The notes below the pieces were generated by a model. The model ran no database searches. It saw only the letters and a program-made list of their open reading frames with translations, and had not been told where the DNA came from. A stretch of DNA of 64,000 bases from assembly GCA_963737155.1 (NCBI GenBank), contig CAVTRN010000001.1:672001-736000 (forward strand), given 5' to 3'. This DNA comes from Nitrospirota bacterium. GTDB lineage: Bacteria > Nitrospirota > UBA9217. Shown piece by piece: positions 39,211 through 48,799 of this stretch; the first letter of the stretch is position 1; each line of letters starts with the position of its first letter. The translations under genes and the position numbers were made by a program.

Positions 39211-40272
39211 TCAATATATTTTACTGGCTAGTGTTACATCGATGATTCCTCCGCCCATAACCGCATCGCCTTCATAAAACACCGCCGCCTGTCCGGGACA
39301 GATACCCTTCACCGGCTTTTCGAAGAGGACCCGCGCTGCGTCGGAGCGAAGAGGTTCAATACGGGCAGGAACGAATGGCGAGCGATAGCGAATTTTGACC
39401 AGAACGTCTTTTGCGAACTGAAGCTCATTGAAAAGGATGTAGTTCAGGTTCGTTACCTCCATTTCTCGCGTCAGAAGCTCTGAAGCATTCCCGAGAACGA
39501 CGCGGTTCTTCTCCGGTTCAATCCTAATGACATAGAGCCGCTCGCCAGCTGCTATGCCAAGATGTCTGCGCTGGCCCACGGTAAAAAACGCGATGCCCTC
39601 ATGTCTGCCGATGAGCGTGCCGTCGGCCAGGATAATCTCACCGGGGTTCAATGTATCAGGCGCATGCTCTTTCAGAAAATCGCGATAGTTATTTTCAGGT
39701 ACAAAGCAGATTTCCTGGCTCTCGGGCCTTTCCGCGGCGGGGAGCCCAAACTCGCGGGCATGGGCTCTCACCTCCGTCTTGTGCATTTTGCCGAGGGGAA
39801 AAAGGATGCTCTTCATTTGGTCCTGGGTCAGACGATAAAGGAAGTAGCTTTGGTCCTTTCCTTCATCAATGCCTTTCTTCAATAAATAGCGGGAAGAGAT
39901 CCGGGCAGGTTCAATACGGGCATAGTGACCAGTGGCGAAATAGTCAAAATTGTGATCCCGGGCATAGCGAAGCAAAAGAGGGAATTTGACGAGATCGTTG
40001 CATCGTATACATGGATTGGGTGTTCGGCCCCGTCGGTACTCGGAAATGAAATCAGCAATGATCCCCTGAGAGAAATCCGCCTGTGCATCGATCATGCGAT
40101 GAGGTATGTTGAGGTGTCGGCATACATCCTGCGCCGAGCCGATATCGCAACACAGACCGGCTGTCAGCTTCATCGTGACGCCTTCGACCTGCATCCCTTG
40201 CTGCTGCAGGAGCGCGGCGGTAACCGAACTGTCGACGCCGCCGCTCATTGCTACGAGTACGCGCTTTGTCAT
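39211..40272 (-). CDS. mnmA: tRNA 2-thiouridylase
   Basis: SGGVDS, TPNPCIRCN, KDQSYFL, ESQEICF, PGQAAVFY. Confidence 0.97.
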   Translation of the reverse strand: MTKRVLVAMSGGVDSSVTAALLQQQGMQVEGVTMKLTAGLCCDIGSAQDVCRHLNIPHRMIDAQADFSQGIIADFISEYRRGRTPNPCIRCNDLVKFPLLLRYARDHNFDYFATGHYARIEPARISSRYLLKKGIDEGKDQSYFLYRLTQDQMKSILFPLGKMHKTEVRAHAREFGLPAAERPESQEICFVPENNYRDFLKEHAPDTLNPGEIILADGTLIGRHEGIAFFTVGQRRHLGIAAGERLYVIRIEPEKNRVVLGNASELLTREMEVTNLNYILFNELQFAKDVLVKIRYRSPFVPARIEPLRSDAARVLFEKPVKGICPGQAAVFYEGDAVMGGGIIDVTLASKIY

Positions 40273-40439
40273 AATAATTGTTTGCTATAGCAGAAACGGT
40301 GAGACGAAAAGCAGCGGCGTTGTCGCTGCCCTCAACAGAATCAATTTGTCATTTACCCCGATCATGGAGGGAAGGCATCTTTGCCATTCCCAGCACTACC
40401 CAAAAGCCTCAGTGGCCCCCAGTTACCAACCACCTCCGC

Positions 40440-41382
40440 CGAAAGCTCTGGGTTTCAACCGTGAGGATGAATTCGGGAACTTTGCGGACACTTAACAAAT
40501 ATTCACCTATATTTTACGCTTGAGGTAACTATGTCCAGTAGAGCATCAACCGCATCTTTCGTTCACGGGTTCTACTCGTGACGACTCCCAAAGACAATCG
40601 AATCCTCGAAATCCGACTTGATGTCGGCCGCAACCTTTATAGCTCCTGTCTTGCCAGTTAGAGCTAATCCGCCGGATGATGGAGAGAAGCCTCAGAACCA
40701 GCCCGGACAACTACGGCAAAAAACAGCACGGTGAAATCCGTTGCAAAGCGACCATTCTCGACAATATATCTTGCATTGAAGGCGGAATTGGCAGACACCC
40801 AAAATGCTCTTGCCGAGACACGAAAACATGCCCACAACAACTTAGCTAACAAGATTCTTGTGCTCGTCGCCAGAATAAGCACCGAGTAGATATCGTACAA
40901 ATCACTTCAAAGAGCATAGGGCAAAAGCGTAGGGAAGCTTGCCCCAGGCATATATATCGGAATCCTGCGCCGCAAAGCTGAAAATGCTGGCAGCCAGATT
41001 TTTGGAACAACTACTCAGTTCGCGAAACTATCACAACATGACTTTACGGCAATCAAAAGAAAAGCAGCTCAAGGATCGCTGGCATGTATGCCAGAAGTAC
41101 GGGACCATGGCTCAATGCGATCTATTCTCCGCATTCCTGGTAAAATATGTAACTAAATATCCTAGGCCTTGGTCATACTGCTGAAGTCTGGCAGGTACAA
41201 AAAACTGCTCCTAAAATGGGCGATGTCGCAATTGCGGCACAGAACAGCAAGTAGCCTATTTTTCCGGCAAGCTTTGATCCTGTACGAATCAACAGCAATC
41301 AAGACGGCTGCCACGCTTCCATCGCAACCGTGGATTCCAGCATTGCCGTTAGAACCCTTGGCTTTAGCCATGAGGAGGGTCA
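40440..41382 (+). mobile_element. tnpB: Decayed IS200/IS605-family element with tnpB pseudogene
   Basis: Fragments LDVG, RKHAHNNLANKIL, GKSVGKLAPG.YIGILRRKAENAG, KLSQ, RWHVC, DLFSAFL across frameshifts; end motif GAACCCTTGGCTTTAGCCATGAGGAGGGTCA. Confidence 0.75.
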
Positions 41383-42096
41383 TGCATGTTTCCACTTGAG
41401 CGCAAGAAGTGAGAAAGACCCCATCATAAAAAATATTCCGCCGACCAACGCCCAGATTGCGCCAGGGTCTTTTGCAACGAGGAGAACCGCATAGGGCCGG
41501 GGCTCAAGTTCGAAACTTTTCATATAAACGGCCACGCCTTTGTAGAGAAGGGGCCGGTTGGGGCCAAGCATCCCGCTGGACACCGGCTGATTATTCTCGA
41601 TCAGCGTCACCTCTGCGGACCAGTCCCGGGGAAAGCCCTGTGCATCGATGTTGGCGTGAACTGCTCGGAGATATAGCGCTTTTCTTTCAGGCAACTGCGC
41701 AACTGCGCCTTCGGGCAATGCACCGCTAATCTTGTATCCCCACCCGGCACTGAGCAGGTGAGCAAGTAAAATAAACAGGAATCCAATATGAATGATCTGC
41801 GGCGATATGCGCAGGAAAACGTTCGAGCGAGACCATTTCTCCTTTACCGCCTGAAGGCTGCACACTAGGGTGTTGATTGTAAGCAGTGCGAGTGCCGCAG
41901 CAGCGGCAAAAAACCACCACGAGTACCAGAGATTATGGAGCGCCGTACTTGCAGCCCAGGCATACAAGAGATCATCATTCATGGATGAAAAAATCCCATG
42001 GTGCATCGGCATCATGTAGGAGCCGACGAAAAAAATGCAAATCAGGACAAGAAGCGTCCAGACAGTTGTCTTGACCGAAAGAAAAAAATTTTTCAT
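41380..42096 (-). CDS. ResB/CcsB-like cytochrome c biogenesis protein
   Basis: SVKTTVW.L TM, NTLVCS, IIHIGFLFILLAH, N.PL.Y.G, KDPG + TM; adjacent to ccsA. Confidence 0.8.
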   Translation of the reverse strand: MKNFFLSVKTTVWTLLVLICIFFVGSYMMPMHHGIFSSMNDDLLYAWAASTALHNLWYSWWFFAAAAALALLTINTLVCSLQAVKEKWSRSNVFLRISPQIIHIGFLFILLAHLLSAGWGYKISGALPEGAVAQLPERKALYLRAVHANIDAQGFPRDWSAEVTLIENNQPVSSGMLGPNRPLLYKGVAVYMKSFELEPRPYAVLLVAKDPGAIWALVGGIFFMMGSFSLLALKWKHA

Positions 42097-42212
42097 AATG
42101 CAAGTGTATTCGTGGCGCAAATTGTGGTGGAAGAATCGGATGAATCCGAAGAGACCCGGTAGTGGGGTCGCTTTTGTGAAACTCTTCTCTTTTCGTTCAT
42201 ATGAGCCCGGCT

Positions 42213-42917
42213 TCAGAATTCATGAGAGCTCTTCATTAGAAGCCCCACACCCGCGTAGGTGAACATCACGATCACAAATCCGATAATCCCCATCCATATC
42301 ACCTTGTTCCCTTTCCATCCCCGAACGAGCCGCGCATGCAAATAGAGGCTGTAGAAAAACCAGACGATGGTCGCCCAGAGTTCCTTCGGCGTCCAGAGCC
42401 AGTAGGTGCCCCACGCATAAAAAGCCCATATGCCTCCGAAGATCATGGCAGTGGAAAACAATACATATCCCATGAGCAGGCAGCGATACTGACTGGCCTC
42501 CGCTGATGGCTCATCGCGGGAAAGAGCAAGTACGCCGAAGACGCCGCCGACAGCGAAGAGTGCATAGGATACGAAAGAGAGACAAACATGGAGTTCGAAC
42601 CAGACCGTCCTGAGTACGGGAGGCAGCGGACCGGGCATGGACGGCTGTGAAACAAAGGCTCCTGCCAGGAGAAAAAGGATCAGCGGAATGGTCAGATAAG
42701 TAAGCAGATCTCGCCGTCGTTGCCATGCTGCAACAGCGAAGATTGTGCCGATGGCAAAGGCAAGGAAACCGAGCGTTTCTCGCAGTCCGATCAGTGGCAT
42801 TCTTTCATACTGCTGCGCCGTCCGCGCAATGAATAGGGCATGAAGCCCGAGCGCCGGCAGAATGAGTCGCGGTGAGAAAAAAGCAAGCGGATAAAAAAAG
42901 AAAAGTAAGCTTTCCAT
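42213..42917 (-). CDS. ccsA: Cytochrome c biogenesis protein CcsA/ResC
   Basis: WFELHV, tryptophan-rich GGIWAFYAWGTYWLWTPKE, YLH. Confidence 0.92.
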   Translation of the reverse strand: MESLLFFFYPLAFFSPRLILPALGLHALFIARTAQQYERMPLIGLRETLGFLAFAIGTIFAVAAWQRRRDLLTYLTIPLILFLLAGAFVSQPSMPGPLPPVLRTVWFELHVCLSFVSYALFAVGGVFGVLALSRDEPSAEASQYRCLLMGYVLFSTAMIFGGIWAFYAWGTYWLWTPKELWATIVWFFYSLYLHARLVRGWKGNKVIWMGIIGFVIVMFTYAGVGLLMKSSHEF

Positions 42918-43007
42918 TGTGCAAGGTGTCCGGTATTCGCACTTCTGCTTCTCAGCAGGAAACGGAAATGCGCGGGGGGAAAAATGACTCAGTTGTCATC
43001 AGAGACA

Positions 43008-43041
43008 CGAAAGGCATCCCGGAAATCCGGAATGCCTTTCG
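43008..43041. terminator. Stem-loop downstream of the HU gene
   Basis: CGAAAGGCATcCCGGA-AA-TCCGGaATGCCTTTCG. Confidence 0.6.
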
Positions 43042-43066
43042 GTTGTTTTAGTTATGCACCATAAAA

Positions 43067-43354
43067 CTATTTCTTGCCGAGGATTGCCTCTTTTGCAGCC
43101 TTGGCCACGCGGAACTTCACGACCTTCTTGGCCGGGATCTTGATCGCCTCGCCAGTCTGGGGGTTCCTGCCCATACGCGCCTTGCGCTGAACAAGCACGA
43201 GCTTTCCGAGACCCGGTAGCGTGAAGGCATTCTTCGCTTCCTTGTAAGCGAGCGCTGCGATGTCTTCCAAGATCTGAACTGCGAGCTTCTTCTTGATGTC
43301 CGCCTTCTTTGCGACATGGTCCGCAATCTGAGACTTTGTCATGGCTTTTGCCAT
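43067..43354 (-). CDS. hup: HU family DNA-binding protein
   Basis: MTKSQ, LPGLGKL, RKARMGRNPQTGEAIKIPAK. Confidence 0.96.
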   Translation of the reverse strand: MAKAMTKSQIADHVAKKADIKKKLAVQILEDIAALAYKEAKNAFTLPGLGKLVLVQRKARMGRNPQTGEAIKIPAKKVVKFRVAKAAKEAILGKK

Positions 43355-43753
43355 AAACTTACCTCCTTACGATAATTTAGTAAAATTTCTAACTGCGCGG
43401 GGGCAGGTAGTTGCGTAATTAGAAGAAAGTATATACACTCTCCTGCTAAATAGCAAGAAAAAATTTCCATTTATCTTGGAGTATTTTTAGGGCACGCTTT
43501 TTTCAAGCAGTCAGGACGCAGAGAATGTGCTTTGTTTTCGCCCTCCGTCAAAATTGCGCCAAGATGAAGTTTGAGGAAAAGCTCCCTGATGACCTTCAAC
43601 GTTTCGCCAGAAAACTCCGGACGGGGGAGCGCTTCCCCACCCGCGCCCCTTTTCGGTATTGACTTGACTATTGCCTTTGTGATAATTTATTTCAACTTCT
43701 ATATTTCCCGCTAAACGTCAATTCATGAATTCGAAAATGGAGGGTGTACGATT

Positions 43754-43882
43754 ATGGCCACGAAAACAAATTTCATCCTGAAGGTTCAGGACAGCAAACT
43801 TGCGGATATCCAGAAAGCGCTGAAGGATGCCAACATTAACGTGGTGAGCATTCTGGAAATTCATAAGGAAGAAACACAATAG
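43754..43882 (+). CDS. Small 42-aa hypothetical protein (not in the ORF track)
   Basis: GGAGGG RBS; MATKTNFILKVQDSKLADIQKALKDANINVVSILEIHKEETQ. Confidence 0.65.
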   Translation: MATKTNFILKVQDSKLADIQKALKDANINVVSILEIHKEETQ

Positions 43883-44028
43883 TCCGTTTTCACCGAACGA
43901 GATCGACGTCTAACCGCGCCCACGCGGAAATTCCATTACAAGGTCTCGACGAATCTCTCCTATTTTGCGCGGGGCGGCATGACCATCCCGCCGCGACAAT
44001 CTGCTATACTTACGGTTAGAAGATAATT

Positions 44029-44292
44029 ATGAAAATATCTCTCGTTGAACTTGAAGAAGTAGCGAAAGCCCTCTCTATCAAGGTATCCTATGACGACCTC
44101 AAGACATCGAGAGGCGGCTCATGCAGGGTCATGGAAACCCGACGGATCATCATTAATAAGCGTCTTCAAAACAGCGAGAAGCTTAACCTCCTGGCGCGGG
44201 AATTGGGCGGCTTTGATTTAAGCGGCCTTGATATTTCTGACAAGATAAGGAAAAAGATCGACGAAGAAGCAGAACAGCGGCCCGGGAAATAA
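44029..44292 (+). CDS. Conserved-looking small hypothetical protein
   Basis: LEEVAKALSIKVSY...GGSCRV...IIINK...LARE pattern. Confidence 0.7.
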   Translation: MKISLVELEEVAKALSIKVSYDDLKTSRGGSCRVMETRRIIINKRLQNSEKLNLLARELGGFDLSGLDISDKIRKKIDEEAEQRPGK

Positions 44293-44360
44293 TCGACGAA
44301 ACAGACGGTCGCTGTCCCTTGTTCTTCTGTCCGGGGCTGAACCGTGAGAGGCGGCAGCGT

Positions 44361-44879
44361 ATGAAAAAAATCGTGGTACTTTCACTTATCACGCTGCTAT
44401 TCCAGGGCTGTAGTTATGCTATTTCCCGATCAATGACCGCTCAAGCGGACAAGACCATCACCTTCGAAATGCTCCAGACAGATCCCGACATCTTCAAAGG
44501 CAAAATCATCATTATCGGCGGTACTATCGAGCAAATCAATAATACAAAACAGGGAACCCTGATTGAGGTCATCCAGAAGCCTCTTGATTACTGGGGCAAA
44601 CCGAGACGTACGAACAGGACCGGCGGTAACTTCCTTATTTTCTATCCCGGTTATCTTAATACCATGATTTTTACTCCGGACCGGCAAGTTACCGTGGCCG
44701 CCGAGATAGAAGGAACGCGATTTAAAGCCCTCGGTGAAAAGGATTTCACCTACCCCATCGTACTGGCCAAAGAGCTTAAACTCTGGGAGCAGGATAGCCA
44801 GGCCTGGTACAAACTGAAGTGGTTTGATCCGCTGATGAATAACCCTTTGGGACATCCGGCCAGCCCTGCCCAAGAGTGA
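44361..44879 (+). CDS. Slp-family outer membrane lipoprotein
   Basis: Lipobox FQGC; GGTI, IEV.QKPLD.WGKP, GGNFL, VTVAAE, YP motifs. Confidence 0.85.
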   Translation: MKKIVVLSLITLLFQGCSYAISRSMTAQADKTITFEMLQTDPDIFKGKIIIIGGTIEQINNTKQGTLIEVIQKPLDYWGKPRRTNRTGGNFLIFYPGYLNTMIFTPDRQVTVAAEIEGTRFKALGEKDFTYPIVLAKELKLWEQDSQAWYKLKWFDPLMNNPLGHPASPAQE

Positions 44880-45375
44880 TTGCCAAACGCGGCCGGTATG
44901 GAGAAAAACGGCCATAAAACTACGCCCGCTGCGAGCGCCATCGGCCCTCTTCCTTCCGACTGAGGTCATTGTTTTGCAATGCGTTCTTTTGCAATTGCAC
45001 CGTCTTTGCTAATGATAGCAGCGATGAGTATTTGTCTGTTTTTTGGCGAAAAACATTACTTTTTTAGTTACGTTGCGACCAGCATCTTATATCCCTGCCC
45101 TGAAGAAACGGCGTTTTATGACGCAGAAGGATAGAGTTCCGGTACCCGCCTCTGGACGAAAAGTTCGTTCATGCGTGGAGACCCTGCAGGTTCGCAGTTT
45201 TTCTCGGCATCGGTATGTGGACCAGCATGTAGCCGCTGATCTGCAGCAATACTACGGGTTAATCGGCATTCTAAGACGAAGGGAAACCATCATGAACCAT
45301 GCTCCGGAAATAGGGATGAATGGTTTGTGCGACTTCGTCCCGCGTGGTTAGTTACATCTGTCAGCGAGGCCAAAC

Positions 45376-47202
45376 ATGAAGAAAAGCTCTCAAATACTGT
45401 TTTATGTGCTTTTGGCGCTCATGTTCATCAGTCTTTTTCGGCTTTTTTCCGAGACGCCTACGGAAGAGATACCCTACAGCACTTTCAGGACGCTTCTGTC
45501 TGAAAAAAAAGTGGATGACCTGGTCATCACGCGGGACCTGATTAAGGGAACCCGCACGCCCGAGAAAAGCAAGGAGGAGAAGGGAAAACCGTTCACCGTC
45601 GTGCGCATCGACGATCCCGATCTCGTGAAATCCCTTGAAGCAAGCGGTATCTCCTATCGTGGTGAAGTTTCGGATAACTGGATCAAGGATTTTTTGCTTA
45701 CTTGGATACTGCCCCTCGCCGTCCTTATGCTGATTTGGAGTTTTGTTTTCCGAAGAATGAGTGCAGGGGGGCCCGGTGAATCTTTTATGAGCTTCGGCAA
45801 GTCGAGGGCCAAAATCTACGGGGAAAGCGACGTGAAGGTCACGTTTAGTGATGTTGCCGGCGTAGATGAGGCAAAAGAAGAGCTTATGGAAATCATCGAA
45901 TTTCTCCGCCATCCCGAGAAGTTCACCAAGCTCGGTGGCCGCATTCCCAAAGGTGTGCTGCTCGTCGGCCCGCCTGGCACTGGAAAAACGCTTCTCTCGA
46001 AAGCCGTGGCCGGGGAAGCTAAGGTGCCCTTTTTTTCCATGAGTGGATCGGAGTTTGTCGAAATGTTCGTGGGTGTCGGCGCGTCCCGTGTTCGCGATCT
46101 GTTCCAGCAGGCCATGCAGAAAGCGCCGTGCATCATCTTCATCGACGAGCTCGACGCCCTTGGTCGCGCACGCGGTACCGGTATGGCAGGTGCTCATGAA
46201 GAGCGCGAGCAGACTCTTAACCAGCTGCTGGCCGAGATGGACGGCTTCGACCCGCGAAAAGGCGTAATCATTATGGCGGCGACGAATCGTCCCGAAATTC
46301 TTGACCCGGCACTACTCCGGCCCGGACGTTTCGACCGGCACGTGCTCGTAGACCGGCCGAACATCAAGGACCGGGAAGACATCTTGAAGATCCACATCAG
46401 GGGCGTCAAGCTTTCGAAAGACGTGGACATCTCCGTGCTTGCCGCGCGCACGCCGGGGTTCGTGGGCGCCGATCTCGCGAACATCGTCAACGAGGCCGCG
46501 CTTCTTGCTGCACGAAAGAACAAGACCGAAGTTGATATGACCGATTTTGAAGCGGCAATCGACCGCATTGTGGCCGGACTGGAGAAAAAGCGGCGGGTGA
46601 TGAACGGGAAGGAAAAGGAAACCGTCGCCTACCACGAGTGCGGCCATACCATCATGGCTGAGCTTTTGCCGTCCACGGACCCGGTCCACCGCGTCTCGAT
46701 CGTTCAACGGGGCATCGCTGCACTGGGGTATACACTCCAGCTTCCGACTGAGGACCGTTATTTGATGACCAAGACCGAGCTTCAGGACAAGCTCTGTGTC
46801 ATGCTCGGCGGCCGCGTGGCCGAGGAGATTATTTTCCACGAAGTTTCGACAGGCGCGCAGAATGATCTTCAACGCGCGGCGAATATTGCACGCAGCATGG
46901 TCACGGAATACGGCATGACGGAAAAGTTCGGTCCACTCACCTTTGAAAAGGAGCACCGGCCAATGTTTCTCGATATCGGACTGCCGTCGGGATCCAAGGA
47001 ATACAGCGAGGACACGGCCCGCGAGATCGATCAAGAAGTCAAACGACTTGTCCATGACGCTTATAAAAGGGTCCAGGAAATGCTGACCGCCAATCAGGAC
47101 AAGCTGAAGAGACTTGCATCGGTGTTGCTGGAAAAGGAAACCATCGAAGGAGAGGAGATCAGGAAGATTCTAGATCTTCCCGAAAAGAAACAGCAGATGT
47201 AA
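45376..47202 (+). CDS. ftsH: ATP-dependent zinc metalloprotease FtsH
   Basis: Two TM helices, [36 protein letters not shown]. Confidence 0.97.
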   Translation: MKKSSQILFYVLLALMFISLFRLFSETPTEEIPYSTFRTLLSEKKVDDLVITRDLIKGTRTPEKSKEEKGKPFTVVRIDDPDLVKSLEASGISYRGEVSDNWIKDFLLTWILPLAVLMLIWSFVFRRMSAGGPGESFMSFGKSRAKIYGESDVKVTFSDVAGVDEAKEELMEIIEFLRHPEKFTKLGGRIPKGVLLVGPPGTGKTLLSKAVAGEAKVPFFSMSGSEFVEMFVGVGASRVRDLFQQAMQKAPCIIFIDELDALGRARGTGMAGAHEEREQTLNQLLAEMDGFDPRKGVIIMAATNRPEILDPALLRPGRFDRHVLVDRPNIKDREDILKIHIRGVKLSKDVDISVLAARTPGFVGADLANIVNEAALLAARKNKTEVDMTDFEAAIDRIVAGLEKKRRVMNGKEKETVAYHECGHTIMAELLPSTDPVHRVSIVQRGIAALGYTLQLPTEDRYLMTKTELQDKLCVMLGGRVAEEIIFHEVSTGAQNDLQRAANIARSMVTEYGMTEKFGPLTFEKEHRPMFLDIGLPSGSKEYSEDTAREIDQEVKRLVHDAYKRVQEMLTANQDKLKRLASVLLEKETIEGEEIRKILDLPEKKQQM

Positions 47203-47883
47203 TCATTTTTTCTTTTTTAAAAATGCCACAAACGCTCCCGAGCCACCTTTATCTCGCGGCGCGGAGGAAAATTCGGCAACCATTCCCCTACCCCGACCTC
47301 GCAGCCACTCTTCAACGGCACCCCGCAACACAGGCCCTTCCGGTGAATTGATGCCTTTCCCCGTAATGACGAGCACCGCTTCCATATCGCGGCTGAATGC
47401 GCTCGTGATAAAGTGCTCAAGCCGGCTTACCGCTTCATCACGAAGAAGTCCGTGCAGATCTAGTTCCTGATTGATGCGTATCGTCCCGCGCTTTAGCTGC
47501 CGCATGCGGCTGGTCGGTGAGCGGTGCTGCCTGCCTTCTGTTTCGTCCGCACTCTGATGAAAATCGACGAGGGTAGTTCCCACTTGCCGCATTGCTTGGA
47601 GAAAGAGCTGCTGGTCCTGCGTGGCCGGCGTAAAATCCTCATCCTTTGACAGCTGTTGCCTCGAAGGTTCTCGGGAAGGCGCACTTTCATTCCGTATTTT
47701 CCGGGCGCCCGCAACAGCCCGGAGGAAGAGTTCGCTGTCGTCTTCGACCTCCTTAAGTTCCTCGCTTTTTGGATGTTCCCTCGCTACTACAGATGCTTCA
47801 GCCGGTTTCAGGCTTTTGAGAACATGAAAGGGTTTGTTTTTATAAACCGGTGTTGATTGTGCAGTAGGTTTTTTCTTTTTCAT
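47203..47883 (-). CDS. Smr domain protein
   Basis: ELDLHGL, LVITGKG..S, GGSGA motifs. Confidence 0.88.
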   Translation of the reverse strand: MKKKKPTAQSTPVYKNKPFHVLKSLKPAEASVVAREHPKSEELKEVEDDSELFLRAVAGARKIRNESAPSREPSRQQLSKDEDFTPATQDQQLFLQAMRQVGTTLVDFHQSADETEGRQHRSPTSRMRQLKRGTIRINQELDLHGLLRDEAVSRLEHFITSAFSRDMEAVLVITGKGINSPEGPVLRGAVEEWLRGRGRGMVAEFSSAPRDKGGSGAFVAFLKKKK

Positions 47884-47914
47884 AGGAGATAATGCTGCGT
47901 CATGGGCAGGAAGG

Positions 47915-48680
47915 CCATAGAATCTGTTGGTATGGTTACTGACCCTTCTACTACTGCCGTTGTGTCCGATTCTGATGCACAATAGATCCCCTTTTTTCTT
48001 TGAGATTCAGGTCCTTGCTCTCAAAATAAGACGGATCTATCGTATGATGGCAAGAAGTCTCGGGCAACCCAATTCGTATTACTACGACAAAAACAGAAGA
48101 GTAAAGCCTGGGACAAAACAGTGGGTATTCTCCGCGAAATATCTTGCACTTTAAAAAGCATTAGCAAACACCCAAAGTGCTCTTGCCCAGACCAGAACGC
48201 TTGCTCACAACAGCTTAGCCGATGATATCCTTTCCCTCGGCACCAACATCAGCATCGAGAAATTACCATACGCAGCGTTTAAAAAAAACATTTGACAAAA
48301 GTGTATCGAGACCTCCTTCAGGTATGTTCGTCGAGATTCTTGGCCGCAACGCTGAGTATGATGGCGGCAAGGTGACCGAGTTCTCTGCCCGAAGCACGAA
48401 ACTATCGCAGACATGCACGTGCGATAACACTAAGGAAGAAAGCACTCAAAAACTGATGGCATGCATGCTAAAAATGTGGGGCCAGAACTCAATACGGTCT
48501 ATTTTTCGCGTATCTGGAACCGTTCGTAGATAACAGCTTTTTAGACATTCGTCAGATTGCTGTAGCCTAGCAGAGCGCAGCCTACTTCTGAAACGGGCGA
48601 TGTCGTAGTTGAATGAAGAAGCAGCGAATGGTAGAAACCACCCGACCAGTTTTGGTCCCGTGAAATATAACAATATATGC
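47915..48680 (+). pseudogene. tnpB: Second decayed tnpB, same subfamily as 40440..41382
   Basis: GMVTDPSTTAVVSD, RRIYRMMARS, AHNSLADDILSLG, GMFVEILGRNAE..GGKVTEF...TKLSQTCTC, with stops and frameshifts. Confidence 0.75.
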
Positions 48681-48799
48681 CAGGGACATGGCCACTTGCC
48701 CGTTAAAGACAGTTGAACAATCTTAACGTAAGATATTATCAATAATGGACCATGCTTGTCAATTGACGAATCCGGGATTCCCGAATCGACGTCGGGGCC

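Noticed and set aside
44880-45375. ORF 45043..45351 or a structured RNA upstream of ftsH
   Set aside because: No recognisable motif, RBS or convincing fold was seen.
45361-47055. Minus-strand ORFs opposite ftsH
   Set aside because: Typical antisense shadows of a conserved gene.
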